DNA of 63,067 nucleotides, filler included, from Octopus bimaculoides (taxonomy: Eukaryota), in assembly GCF_001194135.2 (NCBI RefSeq). It is 11 parts of 9 records of this genome, joined end to end, with 100 filler letters (N's around TTAATTAATTAA, not from the genome) between each part and the next. Parts side by side here need not be neighbours in the genome. Positions count along the whole stretch, not along the records: positions 51,838 to 54,145 come from NC_069004.1; positions 54,246 to 57,310 come from NC_068984.1; positions 57,411 to 60,683 come from NC_069004.1; positions 60,784 to 63,067 come from NC_069000.1; 7 more parts are not named here. One strand, written 5' to 3'. The position numbers and the translations under genes were made by a program. The notes below the pieces were generated by a model. That model did no database searches, was not told the origin of the DNA, and saw only the letters and a list, made by a program, of their open reading frames with translations. Shown here in pieces: positions 51,738 through 63,067 of the stretch. Position 1 is the first letter of the stretch; every line of letters starts with the position of its first letter.

Positions 51738-51837
51738 NNNNNNNNNNNNNNNNNNNNNNNNNNNNNNNNNNNNNNNNNNNNTTAATTAATTAANNNNNNN
51801 NNNNNNNNNNNNNNNNNNNNNNNNNNNNNNNNNNNNN

Positions 51838-51895
<58 letters not shown>

Positions 51896-53405
51896 CTTCA
51901 GTGTCAGTGATTTGAGAGTAATTCTGTAATTAGCTCACAGCAATAAATAGCGACATTGTGCTCAAACCTATCTCAGCTAGTATCGAAGGGGAGACATAAA
52001 ACTTTTACGTCGCAGCTTATAATTTGCGCCCGGAGTTTAAACACGTCACAGCCATATGGCATCTAAGCGCAACAGTACGCCCTATTTATATTTCTAGGAA
52101 AGCTTTACAAATCGATACGAAACATTATATGGGTTTTGTATATCGCTGCTTCTTAACACGGGCCAACCAGGGTGCCGATGACAGCTTGCTAGACTTTCTA
52201 CATACGTACGTACATATATACACACATACCTACATACGTGTGTGTGTGTATGTATGTATGTATCTCTGCATCTATGAATGTGTATATATATATATTTGCA
52301 CGCACATATGCACACACGAATACACATGTATGTATATCGTTGTTCAGTTTTATTCCGAGATATCTTGCCAATAGAGAAAGAGCCGGTTTCTAACCTAAAT
52401 ACAAGGCTCCTTCATTTGGGATTTCAACATCAAGGCCAAAAGATCCAGCTTTGTGATGGATGGCTATATATATATATATATATATATATATAAGCAGTTT
52501 TGGTATAATAATATATTGTTAAATACATATACTAATATATACATGCTTTGTGTATTTTCTGGTGACTGCAATGGCTTAGCGGAGCATATAACTCTCGTGT
52601 CACCTGCTAGAAATATATATNNNNNNNNNNNNNNNNNNNNNNNNNNNNNNNNNNNNNNNNNNNNNNNNNNNNNNNNNNNNNNNNNNNNNNNNNNNNNNNN
52701 NNNNNNNNNNNNNNNNNNNNNNNNNNNNNNNNNNNNNNNNNNNNNNNNNNNNNNNNNNNNNNNNNNNNNNNNNNNNNNNNNNNNNNNNNNNNNNNNNNNN
52801 NNNNNNNNNNNNNNNNNNNNNNNNNNNNNNNNNNNNNNNNNNNNNNNNNNNNNNNNNNNNNNNNNNNNNNNNNNNNNNNNNNNNNNNNNNNNNNNNNNNN
52901 NNNNNNNNNNNNNNNNNNNNNNNNNNNNNNNNNNNNNNNNNNNNNNNNNNNNNNNNNNNNNNNNNNNNNNNNNNNNNNNNNNNNNNNNNNNNNNNNNNNN
53001 NNNNNNNNNNNNNNNNNNNNNNNNNNNNNNNNNNNNNNNNNNNNNNNNNNNNNNNNNNNNNNNNNNNNNNNNNNNNNNNNNNNNNNNNNNNNNNNNNNNN
53101 NNNNNNNNNNNNNNNNNNNNNNNNNNNNNNNNNNNNNNNNNNNNNNNNNNNNNNNNNNNNNNNNNNNNNNNNNNNNNNNNNNNNNNNNNNNNNNNNNNNN
53201 NNNNNNNNNNNNNNNNNNNNNNNNNNNNNNNNNNNNNNNNNNNNNNNNNNNNNNNNNNNNNNNNNNNNNNNNNNNNNNNNNNNNNNNNNNNNNNNNNNNN
53301 NNNNNNNNNNNNNNNNNNNNNNNNNNNNNTTATCCAATTTACGAATGAAAAAAGGTTGCGTACCAAATTCAGCAGACTGACAGAATGGGTCTTACTTGAT
53401 CGGTA

Positions 53406-53503
53406 TTGCTATGTAACGGCGTTGTCATCAATTGCTATGTAACGGCGTTGTCATCAATTGCTATGTAACGGCGTTGTCATCAATTGCTATGTAACGGCGT
53501 TGT
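53406..53503. repeat. Perfect 26-bp tandem repeat TTGCTATGTAACGGCGTTGTCATCAA, about 3.8 copies
   Basis: Directly visible, with no spacers. Confidence 0.95.
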
Positions 53504-54779
53504 TGAAATGAATCGATATGAAGACTCCATCAAATAAGACGAGTGGAATTAGATTCTGTCCAGTTGGATAGAAGTTGTTGAATGGGAAAAAACCATACAC
53601 CATACAGGGTGTTCGGGAATGAATAATGGAAGCACAATATTAAATGTTAATGTAAGGGTTAATATCTCGGTTTGTTTTTGTAAACTCTAGGTAACCTAAA
53701 AAGGTTAAAGATGAAGCGGAAACGCATCAATCAAACGTGGCAAAACCATGCGTTAAATGTAACTAAGTATCAACTTGCATTGTTCAATGACAGAACGATG
53801 AAGTTATTTACTTGGAGGAAAATTTCTGAATCTTTTTCGAATCACAAACAGAATGAATGTCAATTTAAGAACGACACGCTGTTGTTGCAAATAGCTGTTA
53901 CGGGCTAACAAGGCGTTGTAGAAATAGCAGCCAAATCTTGCATTTTCTGTGGAAAGGAACCGTTTACGCGTCAAATCGATGTCATGTTAATGTAAGTGTT
54001 AATAGAAAACAGTAAATGTGCAATGAAAGTGAAACATTGTTATGAACCGGAAAAAAAATTGCTCCGGGCCGCATTAGGTAAGAAGTTAAAAACTTTTGGG
54101 GCCCATGACACTCCATACATATATATACATATATATATATATATANNNNNNNNNNNNNNNNNNNNNNNNNNNNNNNNNNNNNNNNNNNNTTAATTAATTA
54201 ANNNNNNNNNNNNNNNNNNNNNNNNNNNNNNNNNNNNNNNNNNNNTATATATATATATATACATACATCTATATATGTACATTTATATGTATGTATGCAT
54301 GTATATATATATATATATATATGCATTTATGTGTGTGTATATATGCATGTGTCAGTGTACATATGTGTATTGATACATGGGTTAGAAAGAACGGGTGATG
54401 TGTATATGTTTGTATACTTGTGTGTTCGTGTGTATGTATATGTATATGTGTGTGAGAGAGTGTGTGTCTGTGTGAATGTTTGCGTCTGTTTGTGCGTGTC
54501 TGTGTGTCTGCGTGTGTGTTAGTGTGTTGAAACTTCTTTCTTATTAGTTGCTGCAGCTATTAATTAAGTCAACCGAGAAAAGTCACTCAAAGTCTTAAAC
54601 TAAAACGATTATTATAAAACAGCTCAATCTTGAAAGAAAGAAACAAAAAACAACTAGACGCTAAAATTTCAAGGAGAAAAGAAAAGTATCAAATGTGTGT
54701 ATGTGGGGGGTGGGGGTACGTGCGCGTGTGCATGGTGCCACATGTATGTAAGTAGATGTATGTATTTATGTGTGTGTGG

Positions 54780-54830
<51 letters not shown>

Positions 54831-57620
54831 CAGAGAGATACATATATAAATATACATTTATATGTGCATGCATACATATACGTATAAAACGATGAAAAAG
54901 AAAAATGAAAGAAAGCGGAATGGAGACTAGAGGATAGGGAAACAAAGCCAACTCGAAGAAAGAAGAATGAGATAAAAAGGAATAAAAAAATGAAGAAAGA
55001 AACCAAGAAACAAAAGACTCTGGAAGTTGAGTGGTGGGGAAGGGGTAGCGTGAAAGAAAAATGAATGACTGATTGGTATTATTCCGTGTGAGAATTTATC
55101 AAGTTCATGGAGTAAGTTATAATATATAGTGGAGCCTTCTGGCGGATCAATAATGACAGAAGGGTACTTGAATATCAGTGGAAGGATCAACGACTCACAT
55201 TACGCCATTATTGCTGTCTGTGTGTCTATAACGTTCGAGATTAAATCATTGCTGGCTTAGTTCTTCTATTTGAAAACGCTCGAAAAAAAATGTTATCGAA
55301 GAATTGGTTTCTGTTTCATAAGCAAAATGACCATTCTCAATGAGAATGGTATGTTGGGAACAGAAGACTTGTAACTGGCTGGAAACAGTTGAAAGGGTTG
55401 TTATATCGACAATTCGAATCCTGTTACCGCGAATCCATAACGCTAAACAACTCCTCGTTGCTGTTCCAAACCAACCTACCTTCAAGAGGTAACACCAGCA
55501 AGCAGCAGACAATTAGCATAAATGATTTGTTGCTACCTGGATTCAAATACTATCAGTTTATTACTCATGCTTAATTTAACAAGAGTTACGATATCTATAA
55601 AGTTAACACGGGCAAGATTCAAAATCAAAATCTAGATAGTCGAAACTAAATAATGTAACACAATCAATCCACGTCTTTATTGTCTCACCCACATCTGCTA
55701 TTTTGAAAACTCTTCTCTAGTTAATCAGTCCTCGTTATATGATTCAGAAATAACATTTTATTAAAGATACTGATTAGGCAATGGAAATTCTAACAGTATT
55801 CCTAAACACACTCACTCAATTTTTGATATAACATATAAAATCATATCAAAATCAGAAACATGACTAGATTACACTGTAAATACACTGTAGATACACTGTG
55901 GATTCTACAGACATACAGAAATAAAGTAGACTGAGGTGAGAATAAGATGTTTCAAGTTCGCAGCGTAGTACATCTTGCTTTGACGAAAGTTCTTTTTCGA
56001 ACTGTTGTATTTCTAGTCTTCGGAACGGTATACATCATATATTCCACTGCTTTGACTAATTTTATTACGTTTGTAAATTAGAGTCATTAGAGCGTCAGAT
56101 ACAGTGTTTTTCGTTATTTATTCTGATACTTTACATTCCGAGTTCAAATCATTTTTTTTTCTTTCGGGGACATTATAATAATGTATCAATCGAAAACTGT
56201 GTGGCTGGTGGGAGTGTAAGAATGACAATCACGATTTTTAATCTACGCCGACTCTAACTCGAGAAAAAATTTCTCTTCCCTCAGGTTGAGCGAAATGATA
56301 TTGCATATGCCAACACTGAGCCGTTGCACAGTCCAGTATCCCGCATAAATTCGCGAACATACATCATGCCGGCCTGACCACCAAACTTGAACGTCCCACG
56401 TTAGCAGTATTTGCTCTCGCTCTGTTCAAATTCTTACAGGAATTGCCACTAGTGGATGTCACAGAGTAACAAAATTTTTATTTTTTTATTTTTTTTATCT
56501 TTTTTATTTTATTTTTCTTCTTTTTGTCTTTGGTCAGAAAGTGCTATTTCCTATTTGCTTCTATCAATAAATCAAAGGAAATGACTACTATTCCCTTCAA
56601 ACTTTGTTTTTACGACCTGGACATCAATGTTTTCAAACTGAAATATTTTCCATTACATTTCAGATTCAGCACTCAGTTGCTGAAGTAGAAATATTGTTAT
56701 AGCAAATATTCTGTTCATTACTATGGGTTGCTTGACCTTAACCACTTGAGCATGGTCCATAGTGAGTGACGATATGTGCATCCCTGATCATCACCAGGAG
56801 TAGTGGGGAGCACCATAGATTTGTGCTGTGAGAGATTCTTTGGGGTTTGAATAAATATAAAAAAAGCAAAGTTTGAAGGAAACATTAGCCATTCTTCATA
56901 CTTTCAAGGGGTAAGCAGCCAGGAAATGGCAGTTGCTACCCAAGGACACGAATTGTGCCACACAGTGTTATTTACGATTGAAAAAAAATTTAAAAAAACC
57001 ACTGTGACATGCAACTGAAATTTGAGCTGTAAGGCTAGGATCTTGCCGACAGAATATTATTAATTTACTCTCTTTTACTTGTTTCAGTCATTTGACTGCG
57101 GCCATGCTGGAGGACCACCTTCAGTCGAGCAATTCGACCCCAGGACTTATTCGTTGGAAGCCTAGTACCTATTCTATCGGTCTCCTTTGCCGAACCGCTA
57201 AGTTACGGGGACGTAAACACACCAGCATCGGTTGTCAAGCGATGTTGGGGGGACAAACACAGACACAAACATACACACACACACATACATATATATATGC
57301 ATATATATATNNNNNNNNNNNNNNNNNNNNNNNNNNNNNNNNNNNNNNNNNNNNTTAATTAATTAANNNNNNNNNNNNNNNNNNNNNNNNNNNNNNNNNN
57401 NNNNNNNNNNATATATATATATATATATAGGCGCAGGCATGGCTGTGCAGTAAGAACCACTGCGAGGCATATTGGGCGAGTGTCTTCTACTATAGCCTCG
57501 TGCTGGGGCTATACGCTGTCATAAACTCAAAGAATAGAGAACTAAAGGACCGCATGTATGAAAATACTAGCACCGCCAAGAATAATCACATATCAACAAC
57601 TAAAAACATACTGTCTCTCA

Positions 57621-57678
57621 TAAAATCGACCAAATTTTGCAAAATATGTATATATTTTGCAAAATTTGGTCGATTTTA
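57621..57678. repeat. Perfect 27-bp stem / 4-nt loop palindrome
   Basis: TAAAATCGACCAAATTTTGCAAAATAT-GTAT-ATATTTTGCAAAATTTGGTCGATTTTA. Confidence 0.95.
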
Positions 57679-58029
57679 AACACCCGAAAGAAGTATGAAA
57701 TTTCAGAGCTTTTATAAATAAATGATTATAAAAGAACTGCTAGTGGAAATACTCGCTGGAATAGTGTAAGTGATCTTTTCTCGTTCACTTCTCTTTTATC
57801 GATTATGCCTGTGCTCAGAATAGGCATCATAAATGTACGTGGCCAGGGTCAACTTGGAAGCAGGGCCGCTTGCTCAGTGATCTCAGATAACCAGATATAG
57901 GTGTGATGATCATCAGCGAGACCACAGTTTAGATGCACAAGCCCTCATGTTCATCCTCAACTCATTCGTGATTTACATGTCTCCAAGTCGACTGGAATTG
58001 GGAGGTAGAGTTGCTGTGTTGATTTGGAA

Positions 58030-58175
58030 AGGTCTGAGTTCAAATTCCGCAGAGGTTCGACTTTGCCTTTCATTCCTTCGGAGTCGATAAAATAAGTACC
58101 AGTTGAACCCTGGAGTCGATGCAATTGATTTGCCTTTCCCCAAACTTGCTGGCTTTATGCCAAAATTTGAACCAC
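58030..58175 (+). mobile_element. SINE family A, partial (other partial copies near 45975-46100 and 56115-56175)
   Basis: CTGAGTTCAAATTCCGCAGAGGTTCGACTTTGCC...GCTGGCTTTATGCC. Confidence 0.8.
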
Positions 58176-59919
58176 TATTACTTTCTTAAAATTACACTTC
58201 ACCCTTTTCTTTGACAGTTGCCAACAATTGTCGTTAGGTTAAAGTTTTTTTTGATTTATCTAAGACAGAAATTTCAGTTAAATTTACGAACATCCTTCTG
58301 TAAATCCATCATTCACACAGTATTTTGTATACGGGAACATATATACGACGAGCTTCTTTCAGTTTGCTGCTATCAAATCCACTCACAAGGCTTTTGTCAG
58401 TTCAAGGCTTTAGTTGAAGAGACTAACCCGAGGTGTCAAAGTGGGACTGAACTGGGAATCATGTGATTGGGAAGCAAACTTTTTACAACACAGCTACGCA
58501 TCCCTTTAAACTAACATTATATTTATTCACTCATCGCTTTTTCACTCACCTAAGCATTTGTTTTTATGTATTCATATTTAAATACATCTATTTTCACCTT
58601 CATTATAAAATATGTATTTATTTCAGTCTTTCGACCTAACAGGCAATGGAGAACGTACGTTAACCGAGTAACAAAACCACTAGTATAGAAAGATAAACAA
58701 AACTATCCACTCAGGCTTTTAAATACCTGGATTTCTAATTGAATATTGAAGCCTTCGCTTATGAAATGAATTTGCTAACTTAAATGAATTGAAGACTTCT
58801 TTTTGTGTTTCTTTTTTCCCCATTTGTTTCTCGATAATGGTATCCTTTTCAAGGTTAGTATGAAGGTATTTTGTTACGTACGTATTTTATTATGTTATAT
58901 AAGAAGGTACAGACATACTTGGTGATGAATATATGTAGATGTGTGTGTGTATGTATGTGCTTATGTCTATAAGTATGTATAGGTGTAAATTTGTAGATGG
59001 TGTGCGTGTGTGTGTGTGAGTGTTTGTGTGTACTACACACATATACGTGTATGTGTATGCGTGAATATGCGTAATGTCTGCATGTAAGTTTTCACATTCC
59101 TGAGTTCATATTTAACGCTATTATCACCTACAAGACATAGATTGTTTAAGTAGTAAGTTGGTTGATGTAGACAAGATCTTGTTGCATCATCTCCCGCATT
59201 TTGATCACGTTATTTACGTGTCTGTCTACCTTTGCCTGTATAAATATGTATGTACGTATGCCGGAATGTGTGTATACACAACATACACAGACATACACAC
59301 ACACGCACGCACAAAAGCATACGCAATATGCACATACATACATACACATACACACACACACACACGCACGCACAAAAATATACACACACGATCATACACA
59401 CATACAGACACACATATACACACACACGCACACGTACCTAACACTCACAATCCCCCCACACACGCGTGCACACATCCACACGCACACACACATACACACA
59501 CGCACACACCCATACACACATACACTCGCACACACACACGCACACATACACACACACACACACGTGCATAGGCGCGAAAAAACGCACATATACCTCCACA
59601 CACAACTCCCGTCTACACACACACGCACACACATACACATGCACACACACAAAAGACACATGCACACATGTACACACGAACTCACGTACACACACACGCA
59701 AATGAACCTACACATAACTCCTACACACACACCCAAGTATACATACATGGACACACAAGCAAATGAACCCACACATAACTCACATACACAACAAACACTA
59801 ACACATACACGCACCTAAGTATACATACATGGATTTACACACATACGAACATACACGCACACACACGCACACACACACACACAAGGATCCGCGCGCACGC
59901 ACACATACATACCTCCCTC

Positions 59920-60330
59920 TCTTGCACTCTCCTGTCTTAGAAAGAACTTTTTCTCTACCCTTTCCCTTCCGGTCATTCCACAATGTAACCTCGTTGGCGA
60001 TTTTTTCTCCTCCGTTTTCCCTTCTTTGGACTTTCCTATATTTCCGACGAAGATTTCCGCTCGAAACGTCAAATTCTCTTTCTTTCCTTTCCTGAGCATC
60101 CAATAACACAATATCTGTATCACGTCCTCGCGTTGTTGTTTTTTGTTGTTTTTTTGTCGTTTTTCTTGTTTGAACTCACTATATAACGCACGCTCACACG
60201 GATCTCGGCCTTTCGACTGAACTTGGAGTTCCCAATTCCTGGATTTCTTGTACCTTCGGATTAGTGTTCCTGTTGGATCACTCGGATTACGCCATTTCTG
60301 CACCTTTGTCCGTGACACTCTCACTTTTTC
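59920..60330 (+). mobile_element. Penelope-like terminal repeat (pLTR) fragment with a degenerate hammerhead core
   Basis: CCGACGAAGATTTCCGCTCGAAACG at 60044-60068 resembles the CTGANGA-A-stemII-GAAAC motif typical of PLE termini. Confidence 0.45.
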
Positions 60331-60792
60331 TCGTTCCCCTTCTACCTATCTCGTCCTCCCTCTAACTATTTTCTGTTCTACTCACTCCCCTCTCTTGCTC
60401 TTTCCCTTTTCTCGCCACCAATAACACCCACACTGACATTCACATCCTCTCACCATGCCTGACCTTCACTCCTTCCTCCAACATCTTCAGTCCCTTCTTC
60501 GCCGTTTTCTTTCTTTTTTTCACCCACAATGCTTGCAACCCGCAAAAAAACTCTCTTACTTGCTTTTCAAAAAAAAACCGTTACACTAGCCATCTCAACT
60601 TTCTTAGCCGTTGCCTCCGCTATCACGTCGCACCCCGTGGCTTCCTCTTGAAGTTCCACGCTCCCACTACTCTTCCCCTTTTANNNNNNNNNNNNNNNNN
60701 NNNNNNNNNNNNNNNNNNNNNNNNNNNTTAATTAATTAANNNNNNNNNNNNNNNNNNNNNNNNNNNNNNNNNNNNNNNNNNNNTGTGTGAAG

Positions 60793-60897
60793 ATGGCCGA
60801 GCACACTGAGTAAAAATACTGTATCAAATTCTGCTGCAAACTTAGTGATACGCAATCCCAGACTACCGAGAAGATTCAGAAAGCCTTTGGAACTGGC
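60793..60897 (+). mobile_element. mariner transposase N-terminal fragment
   Basis: MAEHTE*KYCIKFCCKLSDTQSQTTEKIQKAFG matches the 'EQRxCIKFCxKLG..ET..KIQ.AFG' mariner start. Confidence 0.75.
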
Positions 60898-61533
60898 AAG
60901 CCAGATTCATAACAAAAATTGGCCAGTTATTTGATAATATAAAGTCCACAGATCTAAACTCTAGAAAACTAAAATAAATATTCTAAAATCTATATGCCCA
61001 ATTTTGTTTTTATTCAGCAATGTTTGTGTTGGGTTTAATGGCATAGGCAGTATGGTATTACCCCTAATGCATTCATTGTAAGTAAGATGTCTAACAACCA
61101 TTTTTTCCAGTTTGAGCCTGCTATTTTTTTTTTTTTTTTTCTAAGATAAGTCTATAATACCTCATGAACATTATGATTGTTAGGTTGACTTATAAAGTAG
61201 GGGAACTAACCGAAAAATATCAAAGCACTTAGCTTTTTATCAAAGGCAATGTCTGCGTATTTGGTGGCCTAATATGAGGGTTACATTTTTTTACTTTTTC
61301 AATGTAACAACCTTACCCAGACACTGATGTAGGGCTATCGAGTCATAGGAGACTGTCACATTTATAAAATCTGACATATTATTCACTACAGTGCATGATG
61401 AAGAAGCAAACTTTTAAAATTTTATAGAACATACGGGTATTTTGCTTCAACATTGTTTATTGAGATTTTGTTTTTTTCAGTTATTTTTGCCATTATGAGC
61501 AAGCTGGATTATGACATGGATGATTCAGCTATC

Positions 61534-61874
61534 ATAGAAATATTAATATTTCTAAATCTCTCTAAAGGAGACTACGGCAGCAGTACTGGATATCAATAGT
61601 TATCGTTAAGCTAACATGGCAGTCAAGGAAAATAGAATGAATGCTGCCGTTGATTAACTCCAAGAGGCCACTGTCTCGAGCTAGCTATGTGACACACAAA
61701 CCCGTGTCCATTACAACCTTCGAACAGGGGAGGTCAGCAGCTTCCCCTTGCTGGTTCAACATCCACAGACTAGTTTCGGGGTATTTTCCCCTTTTCAATG
61801 TGAAGTAGCGGAAGCCAGCAGGTGTCGCTGCTGACAGTCTGTTTAGAGAGATTTAGAAGTATTAATATTTCTAT
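61534..61874. mobile_element. MITE-like element with ~33-50 bp terminal inverted repeats
   Basis: ATAGAAATATTAATATTTCTAAATCTCTCTAAA at the left, and its reverse complement (1 mismatch) at 61842-61874. Confidence 0.7.
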
Positions 61875-62592
61875 TTTTGAAAACCAGTGGATTATTCCAC
61901 TGAATATAGGTAAATAAACCTTTGAACAGATGGTCAGCAGCGACGCCTTTTTCATTCTCTTTCTTTCTCTTTCTTTCTTTCTTTTTCTTTCTTTCCTTCT
62001 TTCTTTCTTTCTTTCTTTCTTTCTTCTTCTCTTTCTTTCTCTCTTTCTTTTTTACTTTCTTTCTTCCTCTCTTCCTCTTTCTTTCTTTCTTTCTTTTTTC
62101 TCTTTCTTTCTTTCGTTCTTTCGTTCTTTCTTTCTTTCTCTCTTTATTTATTTATTTATTTATTTATTTATCTAACATCCAATCCTTTGCGTGATGCTGG
62201 CAGGCAAGGAGACCGATGGTTTCAATTTTCAACGTAAGGTGAGAATGTATTAAGATAAGATGGAAAAAAAATTAAGAGTGTGTTATCTTGGTCCTTTTTC
62301 TATAATTAAATTAACAGGTTTTATTAAATCTTTAAGTTTGCCAAGATCTACTTTAAACAAAAAGAATACTAACAAAGAAACTGCGATAAAGACATTTTAT
62401 ACATATGAATAAGATAATTAGATAAACGAAGGGAGTTAATTAAGATTTTGGCAACGAAATCAAACTGCTAAGCATATGACACAAGTTATCTCCCTCTACT
62501 GAAGGTCGTGGGAGAATGTGTGTACGCATGCGTATGTTGTGTGAACGTAACACACACACATGCATACATACATACATACACATTTTTTAAAA

Positions 62593-62990
62593 TTTGTTTC
62601 AGCCATTTGACTGCAGCCATGCTGGAGCACCGCCTTCAGTCGAACAAATCGACTCCAGGACTTATTCTTTGTAAGCCTGGTTCCTATTCTATCGGGTATC
62701 AATGACGAACCGCTAGGTTACGGGAACGTAAACACACCAACATCGGTTGTCAAGTGATGGTGGGGCGACAAACACACACACAAATACATACATACACACA
62801 TACATAGAAACTCGACCCCTCCGGGGGTACAAGTCTCGCCGGCGAGCGCACGACCTGGGGTTGTTTTTATGAAAGACCAGCAGTCGCCCATGCGTGCCAG
62901 CCTCCTCTCGCCATGCCACCGATGTTCAGGAATCGAACTCACAACCTCACGATCGTAAGCCCGACGCTCTAACCACTGAGCCATGCGCCT
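62593..62990 (-). mobile_element. tRNA(Arg-ACG)-like headed SINE carrying the family B 3' module
   Basis: Head GGCGCATGGCTCAGTGGTTAGAGCGTCGGGCTTACGATCGTGAGGTTGTGAGTTCGATTCC has intact A-box (TGGCTCAGTGG) and B-box (GTTCGATTCC), but no proper acceptor stem. A related head is at 36197-36452 (-). Confidence 0.85.
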
Positions 62991-63067
62991 TCACATACAT
63001 ACATACATACATACATACATACATAATGTGTATATTGTTGTTAAATGCTAGAAATACTGCCCCCCTC

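Noticed and set aside
53406-53503. CRISPR-like array
   Set aside because: The repeats are contiguous with no unique spacers, there are no cas genes, and the context is eukaryotic.
55246-55574. Short ORFs and a signal-peptide-like exon (MLIVCCLLVLPLE, minus strand)
   Set aside because: No recognisable homology and no supporting neighbouring exons, so not distinguishable from chance.
9581-60739. TTAATTAATTAA recurring ten times as a possible biological motif
   Set aside because: Always centred in a 100-nt N gap. It is an assembly linker.
62920-62990. Functional tRNA gene
   Set aside because: A and B boxes are present but the acceptor and anticodon stems do not pair, and it continues into a SINE body.

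Overview
AT-rich eukaryotic genomic DNA, dense in microsatellites and heavily gapped. The repeat content (tRNA-derived SINEs with internal microsatellites, Dong/R4 and RTE LINEs, Penelope-like elements, Tc1/mariner) points to a cephalopod, most likely Octopus; this is my recognition, not a database result. The window is at least 11 pieces joined by an artificial N44-TTAATTAATTAA-N44 linker, so adjacency across those joins is not reliable. The only clearly recognisable host gene is two spliced minus-strand exons of an SLC22 / organic-cation-transporter-like MFS protein (27097-27179, cut off by a gap, and 26067-26279). Almost every ORF in the supplied track is a translation of microsatellite or N runs. 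The segment 9637-23757 holds unassigned candidate exons, including three ATG-initiated phase-1 first exons on the minus strand. The most interesting structures are a mariner derivative whose 3' end is replaced by an inverted copy of its own 5' end, Dong/R4 LINE ends sitting in (TAA)n tracts that are partly SINE tails, several hairpin-forming inverted repeats, and a fish-like Tc1. I found no prokaryotic genes, CRISPR arrays or rRNA genes, and no convincing wholly new biological system.
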